A stretch of DNA of 64,000 nucleotides from Octopus vulgaris (GCA_951406725.2 OX597820.1:10106001-10170000), one strand, 5' to 3'. Positions 11,265-25,582 are shown, counted from the first letter of the stretch. The notes: a model not told the origin generated them from the letters alone. Made by a program: numbers and translations.

Positions 11265-11622
11265 CGAGCAAAACCTCCCCCGTCCAATGGACGGTGCTGA
11301 GTTGTCAAACATTTAAACCAAATTTTCTCAGAACAACTTGTCCAACCGTCCCATAGGCCTCCCCTTTGAGAAACACTGATTTAACCTAAATTTGAGACAC
11401 CAGCAAAAGAAGAAATAAAGATATACTTTTTTTCTATTCTAAAGAATGCTTTATCGATCATATTCTCACCTGGAATCGATTTTTGTAATTTTTTCAAGAC
11501 TTATACACGCCCTGATACCGTCGGTGTCTACATATCAAATTTGAGCGCAATCGGATGGAGGATGCTCGAGATCCTAGAAAACACACACACACAGACAGAT
11601 AGAACGGATTTTATATAATAGA
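11265..11622 (-). mobile_element. Non-autonomous Helitron
   Basis: Minus strand: A|TCTATTATATAAAATCCG 5' end; subterminal hairpin CCGTCCA-T-TGGACGG, then CTCG|T (CTAG variant); A/T target, no TSD. Confidence 0.65.
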
Positions 11623-11626
11623 TATA

Positions 11627-11850
11627 TTGTGGCACTCCGTCTGTTACGACAAAGGTTCCAGTTGAGCCCATCAACGGAACAGACTGCTCGGGAAATTAAC
11701 GCGTAAGTGGCTGAGCACTCCACAGACACGTGTGCCGGTAACGTAGTTGTCGGGGAGATCCAGCGTGACACAGAGTGGGACAAAGCTGGCCCTTTGAAAT
11801 ACAGGTAAAACAGAAACAGGCAGAAAGAGTGAGAGAAAGTTGTGGTGAAA
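11627..11850 (-). mobile_element. SINE 3' part (family-C body joined to the tail seen at 59430-59590)
   Basis: gaaagagtgagagaaagttgtgg matches family C (48032-48056); gtgacacagagtgggacaaagctggccctttgaa and ttccagttga..tcaacggaaca match the reverse complement of 59430-59570. Confidence 0.65.
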
Positions 11851-11927
11851 CCGGTCAAGTGAATAAACATCTTTAAAATTACATTTTCAAACCTCCTTTT
11901 ATATATATATATATATATATATATCAT

Positions 11928-12025
11928 GGGTGTGTGATAAGAGGCTTGCCTCCAAACCAAACCATATGGTGAGTGGATTTGGTAGACGGAAACTGAAAGA
12001 AGCCCGTTGTATATATGTATGTATG

Positions 12026-12063
<38 letters not shown>

Positions 12064-12140
12064 AAACTCAACTTGTGTGTCTGTGTGTGTATCTGTGTGT
12101 GTGTCTTTGTGTTTAACTTCCCGGCACATCTCCTCCTAGC
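11928..12140 (+). mobile_element. SINE family B, internally deleted
   Basis: gtgtgataagaggcttgc...gtgagtggatttggtagacggaaactgaaagaagcccgttgtata + microsatellite. Confidence 0.7.
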
Positions 12141-12719
12141 CAACAAATCGTAGAACCACTAAAAATGGGTCACTTAAAGTTTAGGTGAATGAAAATTGAA
12201 CTGCGCTATTTCTGTTCCGAAATTCATCTCGCAAGTGCAAAAATCGATAATGTGTTTGTTTAGGCCTTATCCCATGCATTGAATAGTGAACTTTACTCAG
12301 TCAGCTGTTTGACGTGAACTGTGTTCACCACGCACGCAAGCATGCGTAAATTGCATGAAAAATAAAAAATCAAGATATAGAAACGAATCGCCGTAAACAC
12401 TGTAGAAATTCGGCAAAGAAATGAATTTTCGGGATGTATTTTGGAGGGTTTTTTCGTATTAATCGTTTGGACTTTGTGAACACATACCAATTATTTTCAT
12501 AACATTTTTAACGCTTTGAATTAAATGTGACCATTTTGCGTTGAGTCTGCAGTTTGAATCACTTTAACCAAATTTTAGTAGGCCGGATTTTTGATCATCA
12601 CGATACATCGCCAGCGACTCCTGAAACTCTCCCCTGAAATCCCCGTTGAGAAATACTGATCTAAAAGAATAATTCAACAATGATCAACAAAAATTTGATC
12701 AACAAAAATTTATGAAACG

Positions 12720-12889
12720 CTTCTACGTACTTCCTATTGAGGAAATGGAATACATAAGCGCAAAAACAGAGGGCATTAAATGCTCGATTTTAAAACCCAA
12801 ATAATTGAATTTTGATTGAACTTCATCCAAGTTTAGCTTATTCGCGCGTGCATAGAACGCACGAGCGCACGAGCCGGGCAATACTGCTA

Positions 12890-12890
<1 letters not shown>
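12720..12890 (+). mobile_element. Possible Helitron 3' end
   Basis: GC-rich subterminal hairpin-like cgtgcatagaacgcacg...gccgggc, then actgCTAG|T abutting (TA)n. Confidence 0.4.
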
Positions 12891-12971
<81 letters not shown>

Positions 12972-12972
12972 G

Positions 12973-13008
<36 letters not shown>

Positions 13009-13022
13009 CTATATATATAAAA

Positions 13023-13074
<52 letters not shown>

Positions 13075-13075
<1 letters not shown>

Positions 13076-13275
13076 AGTCATCGGATTTGTCCTTCACCAC
13101 CGCTTGACAACCGGTGTTCCTTTGATTACATCTCCGTTATCTAGCGGTTCGGCGAAAGTGACGGAAAAAAATAAGCACTACCAACGATTTGACCGACCGC
13201 ATCCTTCAAGGCGTGGTCCCAGCATGACCTGAGTCTAATGACTGAAACAAGTAAATGATATAAGATATAAGATAT
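13075..13275 (+). mobile_element. SINE family B 3' fragment
   Basis: cgcttgacaaccggtgtt...tagcggttcggc...cccagcatgacc..agtctaatgactgaaacaagtaaa. Confidence 0.7.
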
Positions 13276-13653
13276 TTCTAAGTGTCTAAGGCTGAAACCT
13301 GAGTATAACTCGCCAAAAAAAAAAACAAACAAAAAACACAGCATTCTCTTCAACACTCCGTTGCTATAGCTGTCGTCTGCTATCTCGTCAGTTTTCTATA
13401 TTTAATAACGAGTTGACATGTGTCAACGTTTATAGAAGACGAATCTATGAACGAATCTATGAAACCAAAAATGGTTTCGTTAAATTTAATATGAACATTT
13501 ATGGCTTTCCTCCCTCAAATATTCACGTCTTATTAATATCAGCTATGTATGTTTGGGAGGAGAATGCTTTTAATATCGGTTATATGTATGTATGGGAGTT
13601 GCTCTTTATTCTTGACTGACAAATTACCAACAGTATGATAAACTCTCACCTGA

Positions 13654-14092
<439 letters not shown>

Positions 14093-14469
14093 CTTTCTCT
14101 CTCGCATTACGTCCCCACACATATATATGTATATCAATTATGTGTGTGTATGTGTTAACGTGTGCATCTGTGAACGTGTGTGCGTGTTTGTAGGATTGTT
14201 GTAAATGTATGATAAACACAAGATGCAGTTTATATCATGTGTTTCTTACGCACTGCTCTCACAAGGCATTGGTTGTCCCGAGGTAGTAGTAGTAGAAAAC
14301 ACTTGACCAAGTACTGCACAGTGGGACTGAACCCAAAGCTATCTAGTTGTAAAACGGGCTTCTCAATCATGCAGCCATGACAGAAAAGAAAAAACATGAA
14401 CTCTTGGTCAAGTATTTGGTACGGCATTTGGAGAAACTCTAGCTAAGAATTAAACAAATATAGTTTGTG

Positions 14470-14630
14470 GAAGAAGGTGAAGAACTAACCGAAGCGTTAA
14501 CACGTCGGAGAACATTTCTTTTGGCTCTTTACGTTCCGAGTTCAATGCCTATTGAAGTCGACTTTGATTTTCATCCCTTCCGAATCGATAAAATAAGGTA
14601 CCAGGCAAGTCCTGAGGTCGATGTAAGGAA
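14470..14630 (+). mobile_element. SINE family A, diverged
   Basis: gaaggtgaag..gcgttaacacgtcgg...acgttccgagttcaa...gtcgactttgattttcatccc..tcgataaaataaggtacc. Confidence 0.6.
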
Positions 14631-14749
14631 CGCGTCAGTTTCCAGCAAAGCGATTACTGAGCCTCAGTCCTGCAGCTGACCTGTTCAAGGGGGAATATTT
14701 GTGATATCCGTTTCTTATACCCCAAAGAAACCGAGTAATTGGCTTTATG

Positions 14750-15332
14750 AGTCCCAGGGGGTCAGGAAAAATAAAATGAAAGAAACTTGTAGAAGATGAA
14801 TAATTCCTTTTCAAAGAATGCGTAATATATGAAATTTGATAAAAGAAAAGTATCAATAGTGTTGCTATGGTAACGGAACTAAAGTTCGCCAAGTGAAGCC
14901 GCTTCATACAGATTGACGTTGAACTCTGTCGCGCACGCACACAAGGTTGTAACATTCTCGGCCATTTCCGATGTTTATAGCAGTGTTTGGAAGTAAAGTG
15001 TGTAGAGTGTGGTCGTCTCAAAAAGAAGATCGGGTTTCTTCTGCACAGGACCTCCTTGATTGTGTGGAGAAGGATGAAAACGTTTTGAAAACGGTCACAA
15101 CAGGAGTCGAATCGTGGGTTTAATGCTATGACCCCGAAACAAATTCTTGAAAGGAATCATATTAGAAAGGAACAAGATTTCAAGACGTCAAAGAAATCCA
15201 AGACAATGCGACGAGCCAGCTGTTAGCTACCCCCGGAAAGGGGTAGAAATTCCAGGAATGCTTCGATCAATAGAAACGACGCTGGATAAAGTATATCTCT
15301 TCAGAAGAGGGGACTCTTTCGAAGGAGATTAA
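14750..15332 (+). pseudogene. Mariner transposase remnant (internally deleted)
   Basis: DENVLKTVTTGVESWV*CYDPET (~15073-15140; TGDESWVYxYDPET motif) and C-terminus RFQDVKEIQDNATSQL...FQECFDQ*KRRW...GDSFEGD*. Confidence 0.75.
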
Positions 15333-15356
15333 ATGCCGAATAGGTATGTGCTGGAG

Positions 15357-15589
15357 AAGGCGGCGAGCTGGCAGAAACGCTAGCACACCGGGCGAAATGC
15401 GTATCCGTATTTCGTCTGCCGTTACGTTCTGAGTTCAAATTCCGCCGAGGTCGTCTTTGTCTTTCATCCTTTCGGGGTCGATTAAATAAGTACCAGTTAC
15501 GCACTGGTGTCGATACAATCGACTTAATCCGTTTGTCTGAACTTGTTTGTCCCCTCTATGTTTAGCCCCTTGTGGGTAGTAAAGAAATA
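15357..15589 (+). mobile_element. SINE family A monomer, full length
   Basis: aaggcggcgagctggcag...aaagaaata; TSD aataggtatgtg (15339-15350 / 15586-15597). Confidence 0.9.
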
Positions 15590-16009
15590 GGTATGTGGTG
15601 TAGTTTTCTTTTTGTAGCACCAGATCCAATATTCTTGATCAGATTTCGTAGAGTCAAATTTCAGTTAGTTTCGCTTCTAGAATTGAGTTAATATATTGTG
15701 ATGGGTTTAAATCATACGGTATCTCTTATTTCATACACACACATAGATACATACACAGAGAAAAAGAAAATGATAAACTAAATCTCTGACGCCATGCAGA
15801 TAAAAAGAAAATGTCTTGTCATGTGCTACTTCATGGCATGGCAGTAAACTAAGAGTCTGTGATCCAATGCAGTTTCCCAATAGGATTGATGTAATGTTTC
15901 AGTCGCAGAAAATCTAATTTATATTTCCGTTTGAAAACTTGACACAATCTTCACGTGGCAGAAACGAAGGAATTTAAGGACTGCAACAAATTACTTAGAG
16001 GTCTTGGAT

Positions 16010-16329
16010 TAGGCATGACTTTGTGGTTACACAGCTCGATTTACAAACCACGTAATTTTTGGTTCAATCCCACTACGGGCACCTTGGGTAAATGTCTTCT
16101 ACTATATAGCCCTAGGTTAACTAATGGCTTGTGAGTGAACTTTGCCGACGGAAACTGTGAGAAAGCCCGTCGTATATATATATCACACGCTCACGTGGTC
16201 GCACATGTTGATCCTGTCATTTCTTACCTCTACGAACTTCTGCACTGGACTCTTTATCTACCCTTTACGGATTCTTGTTTGGATTTTTACTCTCCGGCTG
16301 CACCTCTCCTACATACGGATCACAGTGGA

Positions 16330-16360
<31 letters not shown>

Positions 16361-16365
16361 GTATA

Positions 16366-16441
<76 letters not shown>

Positions 16442-16770
16442 TGTGTGTCAGTGTGTTTGTTTGTGTGTGTATATATGCGTATATATATGTTTGTACATAT
16501 ATATACGCATATATACACACACAAACAAACACACTGACACACACATATTCTCCTATATGTATGTGAGTGTATGTGTGTTTGTGTAGCTTTGTGTTTGTCC
16601 TCCTCATCGCTTGACAAACATTGTTGGTGTGTTTACGTCCCCGTAACTTAGCAGTTCGGTCAAAGATACCGATGCAGTTAATGCCATAAGTATTTGTGTC
16701 GATCCTCAACGCGGTGCCCCGGCATGGCCGCAGTCTACTGAGAGAAACTAGTCAGAGATAAAAGACGATA
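16010..16770 (+). mobile_element. SINE family B with expanded internal microsatellite and a ~160-bp foreign insert
   Basis: Head 16010-16175, tail 16575-16770; insert 16180-16335. Confidence 0.7.
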
Positions 16771-17889
16771 GGGCCGACTTAATACATTGTACATGTGATG
16801 GCCGTAAGATAAACCGTATATTTCTAGAAAATGCTTAATTTGACACATTTCAATGACTTTTTAATGCTACCAAAAATCTTGACTGAAAAAATTCAGTTAT
16901 CTTCCACTGATTCGATAGTGTTAGGTGAAACTTTAAAACTTTAGAATTTTCTAAAGTATTGAGCACTTTAGTTCTAAACAATTCTGTACAAAGTATTTTA
17001 AAGTGACGCCGAAAACCTCAAATATACTTTTACTTGATAACCAAGTAAACACGATTTCGTTTGAGGTAGGCAATTTCCTTTGATTTACGCGAGACTTCTA
17101 CGTTAAGCTATGAATAAACAAAGCAGATCTATGACTGAACTTTGAACACCGGTAGACAAGTGAATATGAAAAATGCAAACGGTTTCTGTATTATGTCTTT
17201 GCTAAACAAGGAAAAACATCAAAACCGTTCGTCCTCTTTTAAAACTTAGTCAGTACTTACGATCGTTGAAGTAGGTAATGTTATGAACTTATGTAGATTG
17301 ATGCTTGTGATAAAAAGAGAAAAGAGACGTGTATACGGAGTGTATTTTATAAAGGGAAGGTGTGAGGGAGCTGGCAGAATCGTTAGAATAACGGACAAAA
17401 TGCCTAACAGCACTTCTTTCGGATTTACGTTGATTTCAAAAGCTGCAGAGGTCAGATTAGCGTTTCATTCTTTCGAAATCGATAAAGTAAGTGGTAATGG
17501 AACACCGGAGTTGATGCAATTGGTTTGAGGTTGGCCAAACCTAATATTCTCGGTTTGGTCTGCGATGCTTGGACATGTCGCAAGGGGCCCACATTGAACC
17601 TGTATAGGTAATGGCGATTTGAGGGAGTGAGTGACCTAGCGAAGAGCACAAGTATTCAATCATTATAAATAAACCATCCGTGTAGGCCGTTCAGCAAATC
17701 AGTCACATAACCTTCATCTGTTGTTTGTGACACAAGAGCCCAGCGTTGGCGAGGGTTAATCAGGTAAAACGCTGAGTAAAGATTTGGCTCAAGACACTGT
17801 ATACATACATACATACATACATACAATACGTAATTCACACGCACACACATAAACTCATGCATACATTCACACACACCTCTCTACTTACA

Positions 17890-18050
17890 TGCCGACGACC
17901 GCTCAGTTCAAAGTCTCTCTTGACCAGAAATGGCCTGAACTCTTTGTATGACCACCCTCCCTGTACATAACGCGCTGTCCCCCTACATGGCCTTGCGTTA
18001 GCTTTTTGACCCAATAAAAATTGAATTGAAAAAAAAATAATTGAATTGAA
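17890..18050 (+). mobile_element. CR1-type LINE 3' end
   Basis: QFKVSLDQKWPELFV* (FKxxLDxxW), short UTR, aataaaa(ttgaa)n tail. Confidence 0.55.
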
Positions 18051-18210
18051 TAATATATGTATTCATACACGTGTACACACTTTTCATATACCACTACACT
18101 CTCGTACATATAGCCTCCTATGCGTCGTTCTAACAGGGCATGTATGTAAGTATATAATATAATATAGCATCATATAATAATATATATTATAATGCACGTG
18201 CACATATGTA

Positions 18211-18778
18211 CACAGACTTGCTGGAACTAAATAGACACCTTTAATTTTCAAAATCTTTTATTTGTTATTAATTGGTTGAAGGGGAGGTTTTCTTCTTGCT
18301 GCTCGTCCATAATACCCAGGTTTATGCAGATATGTAATACGCATTCTTGGAATAACTTCTAGCTGTTTTGCAATGTCAAAAGTCTTCGAATGGGGTTCGT
18401 TTTACACAATTCTCTTTAAACAGCGAAGCTTCCTTTCTGAGGGCCCAGGTCGGCCAGGACGAGAATCTGTTGATTCTTTTCCTTGGCTTTTGAATTGCAC
18501 TATAATTCTATTAACATTGGCAAGAGGAATTTGAAGATTTTCGGCAATTTTTTGCTGGCTAAAACCAGTCTCAGATTACCCAACAATACGATCTCTGACA
18601 GTTCTGCTGAATTTTTTTGCGAGTGGCACGTTTCTCTTCGCAAATGTTTAGTATAATGGCACGTGGAATGAAAACGAATAATTATATTATAAATTCCACA
18701 CCACTGAAAACATATGAAGACGCTTAGATCAGAAATTTTGAAAATTAAATGTGTCTATTTACTTCCTACATGTCTGTG
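18211..18778 (-). mobile_element. Tc1-family non-autonomous deletion derivative, copy 1
   Basis: TA|cacagacttgctggaactaaatagacacctttaattttcaaaa ... ttttgaaaattaaatgtgtctatttacttcctacatgtctgtg|TA (~43-bp TIR, TA TSD). Confidence 0.85.
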
Positions 18779-18957
18779 TATATATATATATTTCTACAGG
18801 TGCGTATATGTGCGCATATGTGTGTGTGCGTGTCTATGTATGTATGCATGTATGTATGTATGTATGTATGTATGTATGTATGTATGTATGTATGTATGTT
18901 TGTATGTATGTTTATGTTTGTATGTATGTATCTATCAATCACTCTCTCTCTCTCCCT

Positions 18958-19006
<49 letters not shown>

Positions 19007-19253
19007 TATATGTACACGTACATATATACATTGAGTTTAAGTTAGTGATTATTTATCCAATTTTATGTAACCACGTAAACATGCGGTTTGGTAACACGTC
19101 ATTAACTAAACATTACTGTTTAGGTTTATTCATAGGAATGTATTTATATGCAAATGGGCAATATTTCGCGTATGTATATTGTGTGTTTGTATGAATATAT
19201 ATATACATACATACATACATACATACATACATACATACATACATACATACATA

Positions 19254-19352
<99 letters not shown>

Positions 19353-19705
19353 ACGATAGTAAGTAAAGTCAATTTTTAGACTAATATGCGCAAATAAATG
19401 CATACATAGATAGATGGGAGAGATTGAGAATAGATAAACGGGTTGGTGGGCAGATAGATAGAAAGACGAATAGACAGACAGATAGTTTGATGGAAAACTA
19501 GGAAGATAAATGGATAGATCGATCGATAGATAATAGCAAATAGACTAATGATAGATAAATATAAATAGATTGATAGTTACAGAAATAAATAGAGATAAAC
19601 AGATACAGATAGATAAACAGAAATACAGATGACAGGGAGACAGACCGACAGATATAAAGAAAGAAATATAGACAGATAGACAGACAAATAGAAAGATAGA
19701 TAGAT

Positions 19706-19760
<55 letters not shown>

Positions 19761-20026
19761 AAGTGGAACAGACAGAGAGATATGAAACGAATATACAACG
19801 ACTGACTTAATTCCAGTTTTGTAAACTAACCTTAGTACTGAGTTATAGAATTTCAAAATGGCGGTGAATTCGTCGCGTAATTAGATGGTCCGATGTTACG
19901 CATTGCAGCATACGTTCTCTCACTTCGCTCCAGAAGTCAAATTTGCTGTCCCTCTTTTTGGGATCGATAAATAAAGTTTAAAAACCGAGGTCGAGTATTC
20001 TCCCAATATTTCCGTGTGTTTCTCTG

Positions 20027-20202
20027 CATCGGTTATGTTAACGATGCGGTGTTAGAAGTGCAGTGTATATATGTATATAAGGAAACATGACGACAAAAGA
20101 ATATACGATTGACCCATTGCTAAGTTCTCCATTTCTTGAGGAAAGGATGCTACGAGTATGTCCCATTGCACTTCTAACGCCGCATTGCTAACATAATCGA
20201 TG
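20027..20202. mobile_element. MITE-like element with 36-bp inverted ends
   Basis: catcggttatgttaacgatgcggtgttagaagtgca (20027-20062) vs tgcacttctaacgccgcattgctaacataatcgatg (20167-20202): 32/36 match. Confidence 0.55.
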
Positions 20203-20278
20203 AGTCAACAATGAGTTACGGGAACCTTCGTACGACGGAGCGACCATCTGTAGAGAAGGGAATGGATATAAAGAAAAT

Positions 20279-20321
<43 letters not shown>

Positions 20322-20811
20322 CTCTCTCTCTCTCTCCCTGTATCTCTCTCTCTCTGTACCCCTCCCTGTATCTCTCTCTCCAGCACACAAACATACATAA
20401 ATGCAGTTTTCTTTGATTCTCTTGGACTCATAAGGTCGGCTACTTGATCTCCATTGGGGTTTAAGGACGGATGAACCTAAAAGTTCAACGATTATCTAGT
20501 ATAGTAGGGGCCTTCAGAAATTTTCGATTGGTGTTCAGTGTGTTGGGAGACCATTGGGAGAGAAGTACCCCTTAGATTTTTTTAAAGCATGTCTCTAGAA
20601 CCTGCTTTAAACCCAAACTACGTCTGCTCCAATAATCGACGGTGAGCTGGCTCAGCGAATTCTCTGCGACGGTCAACAATCGACGGCAAGATGAGCTGTT
20701 ACGGATCAAACTACCCCAAAATCTGTGTGCATGTGACCGGGGACCACATGTGAACTGGTATTCCCACTGAAACTCTGAACATGACTCGTTGGTTTGCGTC
20801 GACTCAACACA

Positions 20812-21050
20812 CTCCAGCTCAACCTGCCCCGGCCCAAACTGTCCCGGTTCAACCTGCCCGGTTCAACCTGCTCCGGCTCAAAACGCCGAGCCTCAACGAA
20901 TACCAGCTCAAACCGCCCCGGTTCAAGCTGCACCGGTTCAACCTGCTCCAGCTCAATCCGTCCCGACTCAACCCGCCCCGGCTCAAAACGCCGAACCTCA
21001 ACTAATCATGGATCACTCTGCCCCGTCCAACCCGCTCCGGCTCAATGCCA
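20812..21050 (+). repeat. GC-rich 15-bp minisatellite (CCGGCTCAACCTGCY) with a 105-bp higher-order period
   Basis: About 15 units; variant ccggctcaaaacgccgaRcctcaac at 20873 and 20978. Confidence 0.85.
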
Positions 21051-21184
21051 CCGCAAGTACAAGTAGATACATAGGATGTAAATGAACGAGATAACAATGT
21101 TCCACCCGAATAGGACGCAAGTCCTTTGCTAGGTTCAAGGCCAGTCATTTTTTGATGGGAAGGGACAAGTTGATCGCATCGATC

Positions 21185-21335
21185 TCCGTACACGACTGAT
21201 ACTTTAATTATCGATCCCGAAGAGATAAAAGGCAAATTTGACGTGGGCGGTTTTTGAACTCAGAACGAAAAAAGCCGGAACAAATGTCACTGAGTATTTT
21301 GTCAGACGTTCTACTGATTCTGCAAAGCTCGCCGA
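21185..21335 (-). mobile_element. SINE family A, diverged
   Basis: tatcgatcccgaagagataaaaggcaaa..gac..ggcgg.ttttgaactcagaacg...gattctgc..agctcgcc. Confidence 0.65.
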
Positions 21336-21341
21336 TATATA

Positions 21342-21922
21342 CACAGACTTGCTGGAAGTAAATAGACACCTTTAATTTTCAAAATCTTTTATTTGATATT
21401 AATTGGTTGAAGGGGAGGTTTTCTTCTTGGTGCTCGTCCATAATACCCAAGCTTATACTGATATGTAACACACGTTCTTGGACTAACTTCTAGCTGTTTT
21501 TCAATGTTAGAAGCCTTCAAACGGGGGTTTGTTTTCCACGATTCTCTACAAATAGTGAAGCTTTCTTTCCGAGGGCCCAGGTCGGCAGGGATGAGAATCT
21601 GTTGATTCTTTCCCTTGGCTTTTGAATTGCACTATAATTCTATTAACATTAGCAAGAGGAATTTGAAAATTTTCGGTAAATTTTCGCTGGCTAAAACCAG
21701 CTGCAGAATACCCAACAATACAACTTCTTTGAAAATCTGACAGATCTGCTGAATTTTTTGTGTGTAGCATTGTTTCTCTTCACAAATGTTTAATATAATG
21801 GCACCTGGAATGAAAAAAAAAACAATTATATTGTAAATTCTACATCGCTGAAAACATATGAAGACGCTTAGATCAGACATTTTGAAAATTAAATGTGTCT
21901 ATTTACTTCCTGTATGTCTGTG
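21342..21922 (-). mobile_element. Tc1-family non-autonomous deletion derivative, copy 2
   Basis: Same TIRs and TA TSD. Minus-strand ORF 21546-21770 ([35 protein letters not shown].....GRPG-like) is a Tc1 N-terminal HTH region; no DDE domain. Confidence 0.85.
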
Positions 21923-22183
21923 TAGAGTTGCATAATCTCATAATTTTGCAGCCACTAAAACTCTTATACGAGCATTTGCAAATTTAGATATTTTCATCTG
22001 AGTGAAAACGAAAGAATTACAAATTATTAAATAGTTTCCAAAAATAAGTCTCTTAAAACGTAATATAATGTTGTTGGAATTAATTACATCAGTCTCTTTA
22101 TGTTCGCTTGATAGGTATATCTATATGTATGTATCTGTTTGTCTATCTAGCTGTCTGTCTACCAGCATGTATGTACGTATGTT

Positions 22184-22324
<141 letters not shown>

Positions 22325-23118
22325 TTATGCATGTATATAAGTATGTCTCTCTCTCTTTCTCTCTCTCTCTCTTTTTATCGTCTGCCTATTTACCTGTTTG
22401 CTTTATGAAACTAATACAACTGCTACAAGCTAACTGAAGTCGAAACTCGGTGATCCGTGAAAACAATGCAAGCCGGAAGAGTTTAAGTGCAAATGATCAA
22501 TCGAACAAAATTGGACATCTGAAATCTATTCCAGTTGGAAGACGTCTGAAGTACTGAGGCTATACAAGGCGGGTGGGATACAAGCGAAAATGTTAGACAG
22601 CTTTGATAAATAGCTATGAAAATAATTAAGAAAATAGATAAACATTGGAACAGAAAGATAGCTGGATCGATAAATGGATAGATAGAAATTTAGATAGATA
22701 GATAGATAGATAGATAAATGGATAGATAGATAAATATATGGATATATATATATAGATGGATTGATAGATGGATAGATAGATACAAAGCGGTATTGCAAGT
22801 AGGCACTTGATAACTAAATACATGCATTACTAGTAGACTTATCAACTGCAACCTGGTAATACATACACGCGTACATATACATCTATCCATATATACACTC
22901 ACATTAAACAAATAAACATATACACACATAGAGATTATACATAGATACTTATATGTACATATTTATATACATACAACTAATACAACTGTTAACGCACCCA
23001 CACAGGTACATGCATACATACTCACACACACTTACATACACACATGTATGTATTTATGCGTGTTTATACACACACACATACGCACATTTATATACATACG
23101 TACATACATATACACACA

Positions 23119-23850
23119 TGAGGGTCGGCTGAAAAGTTCATAGGCCGACCAAGGTACATGGAATATGGCCAAATGACCTTATTTTTCAACTTGGCGCTCC
23201 TTGTACCCCACAAACTTGTTCCATCGGTGTTGCAGTGCTTGGATCATATCGGTGAAGAAGCCCTTGTCCTATTGGACAAAAACGTCATCAATAGATGATA
23301 CGACATGATCACGACTGCAATTCCAGTTCCTAGCCAAATCTTTTTTTCATGTTGGGTAACAGATGCTAGTCAGATGGGGCAGAATCAGAATCAAGCACAA
23401 CAGCCATTGAAACCAAGGACTTGTGCGCTTGAACATACTGTTTCCTGGGTGTTTAGTCTTGATAGCCTTTCGTAACTGCCTCAGCAAGGTGGAATAGTAT
23501 TCTCCATTGATGGTGTGGCTATTTTGAAGATAGTCAATAAATATTATACCTTTTGCATTCCGAAAAGCTGAGGCCATCACTTTCTCTGTAGATGAAACGA
23601 CTTTGACCTTCTTTGGAGCAAGTGAGGAGGGGTGTTTCTACTGCATTGATTGTCTCTGTGTCTTTGGTTCAAAGTGATGAACCCAGCACTCATCCAGGGT
23701 TACAAAAAAAAAAAAAATAAAAACAACAAGGAAACCAGCTGAATTTATCTCAGACTTTGACATATTTTCCCGAAATGTGATCCGCATGGTGCGCTTTTGA
23801 TCAGGTGTCAGATGCCGAGCAGAACCTTCATTCTGCAGAATATTCTCAAC

Positions 23851-23930
<80 letters not shown>

Positions 23931-24407
23931 GATATTCTAATAGCAATGGCTATTTGATTTATAGTCAGTCGCCTGTCATCTCTCACCATGTGGTAAACAC
24001 GATGTTTTCTTCAGTGATGGAAGTTGCAGCATGTCCCGACCTTGGGTCATGTTCAACACTCTCCCTTCTCTTTCCAAAATCAGCTCCCTACATTTGATCA
24101 AACTGTTGATCAAGCTGGAGCATCATCATCCAATGTAGTAACCATGTCAGCATGAATATCCTTAGGGGTTAAACCCTTTTTCTGCACGTACTTGATAACA
24201 TCACAAGGCCAAATTTCGCTACTGGTTGCAAAGTCGCGACTGGTTACATTTGAAGTCTTCTTTCAAGCGTTAGATTTCAGTTTACCTGGAAAGACACAAT
24301 GTGGTTATTGATAAGAGGTGTTGAAATTAATGCATGTAAGATTTAATGGCTCTAGCATCACTCCTTCATACTCGTAGTTATCCCATCAAATTTTCGGCGC
24401 ACTCTCG
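23119..24407 (-). pseudogene. Decayed near-full mariner (DD34D) transposon
   Basis: TIRs tgagggtcggctgaaaagtt / aaattttcggcgcactctcg|ta. Peptide VTLDECWVHHFEPKTQRQSMQ*..APKKVK..KVMASAF..KGIIFIDYLQ..TINGEYY..LLRQLRKAIK. Interrupted by (TCTG)n(TC)n at ~23850-23927. Confidence 0.85.
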
Positions 24408-24689
24408 TATATGTGTGTTCATATATATGCGTAGACGTGAGTATGCAAAAAAAGAAAAAAGAAAAAAAATTCTTCAAGGTAGTGACGCAGCATGGTCGCC
24501 GTCCAATGACTGAAACAAGTAAAAGATGAAAGATAGACACATAACTAAAATATAAATAGAGAGAAAAAAATAAGAGAGAGCGAAAGCGAGACAGCATGAA
24601 GAAGATAGATGTCTAAGTAGATGGATAGACTGGAAAATGAGACGAGCAATAATGAGACTGCAAGATGACTAATAGACAGATACCACAAT

Positions 24690-24702
24690 ACACAATATAT
24701 AT

Positions 24703-24751
<49 letters not shown>

Positions 24752-24777
24752 CACACAATACATCCATCCATCCATCC

Positions 24778-24826
<49 letters not shown>

Positions 24827-25145
24827 TGTATGTATGTATGTATATATATATATGTATAGATATATGTATGTATATGAGTGTGTATGTGTGTATACATATA
24901 CATGCTTATTATATGTGTGTGCATGTGTGTGCGTTTGTGTGTATATACATACATATATATATATATATATGTATATACACACAAACGCACACACATATAT
25001 GTATGTATATGTATACACACACACATATATATATATACATATATATATACATATATATATACATATATATATATATACATATATACACATATATATATAC
25101 ATATATATATATATACATATACATACACACACACACATATATGTA

Positions 25146-25190
<45 letters not shown>

Positions 25191-25312
25191 GCACAAACAT
25201 ATATGAATATATACGTATATATGCATATAAGTATAGAGAAGATATACATAACGCATACATGCTTATATATATACACACACACGCACTTATATACATATAT
25301 ATGAATATATAC

Positions 25313-25343
<31 letters not shown>

Positions 25344-25544
25344 CATACATGCACACATCTATCTATCTATATACCTACCTATATATATATGATATACATA
25401 TATATATATATATATCATGTAAGCGTATATCTCCAGATTTTCTATAGCATTGAGTGCCAGCAAAACAAAATACAGTGTCCCTACCAGCAATTAACAAACA
25501 CTCAGCCATACACACATACAAACACACACACACACACACACATA

Positions 25545-25582
<38 letters not shown>

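Noticed and set aside
24545-25447. Long YI/CV/HT-rich ORFs (also 13635, 30486, 36780, 41190, 55577 etc.)
   Set aside because: These are translations of stop-free microsatellites with no coding complexity.
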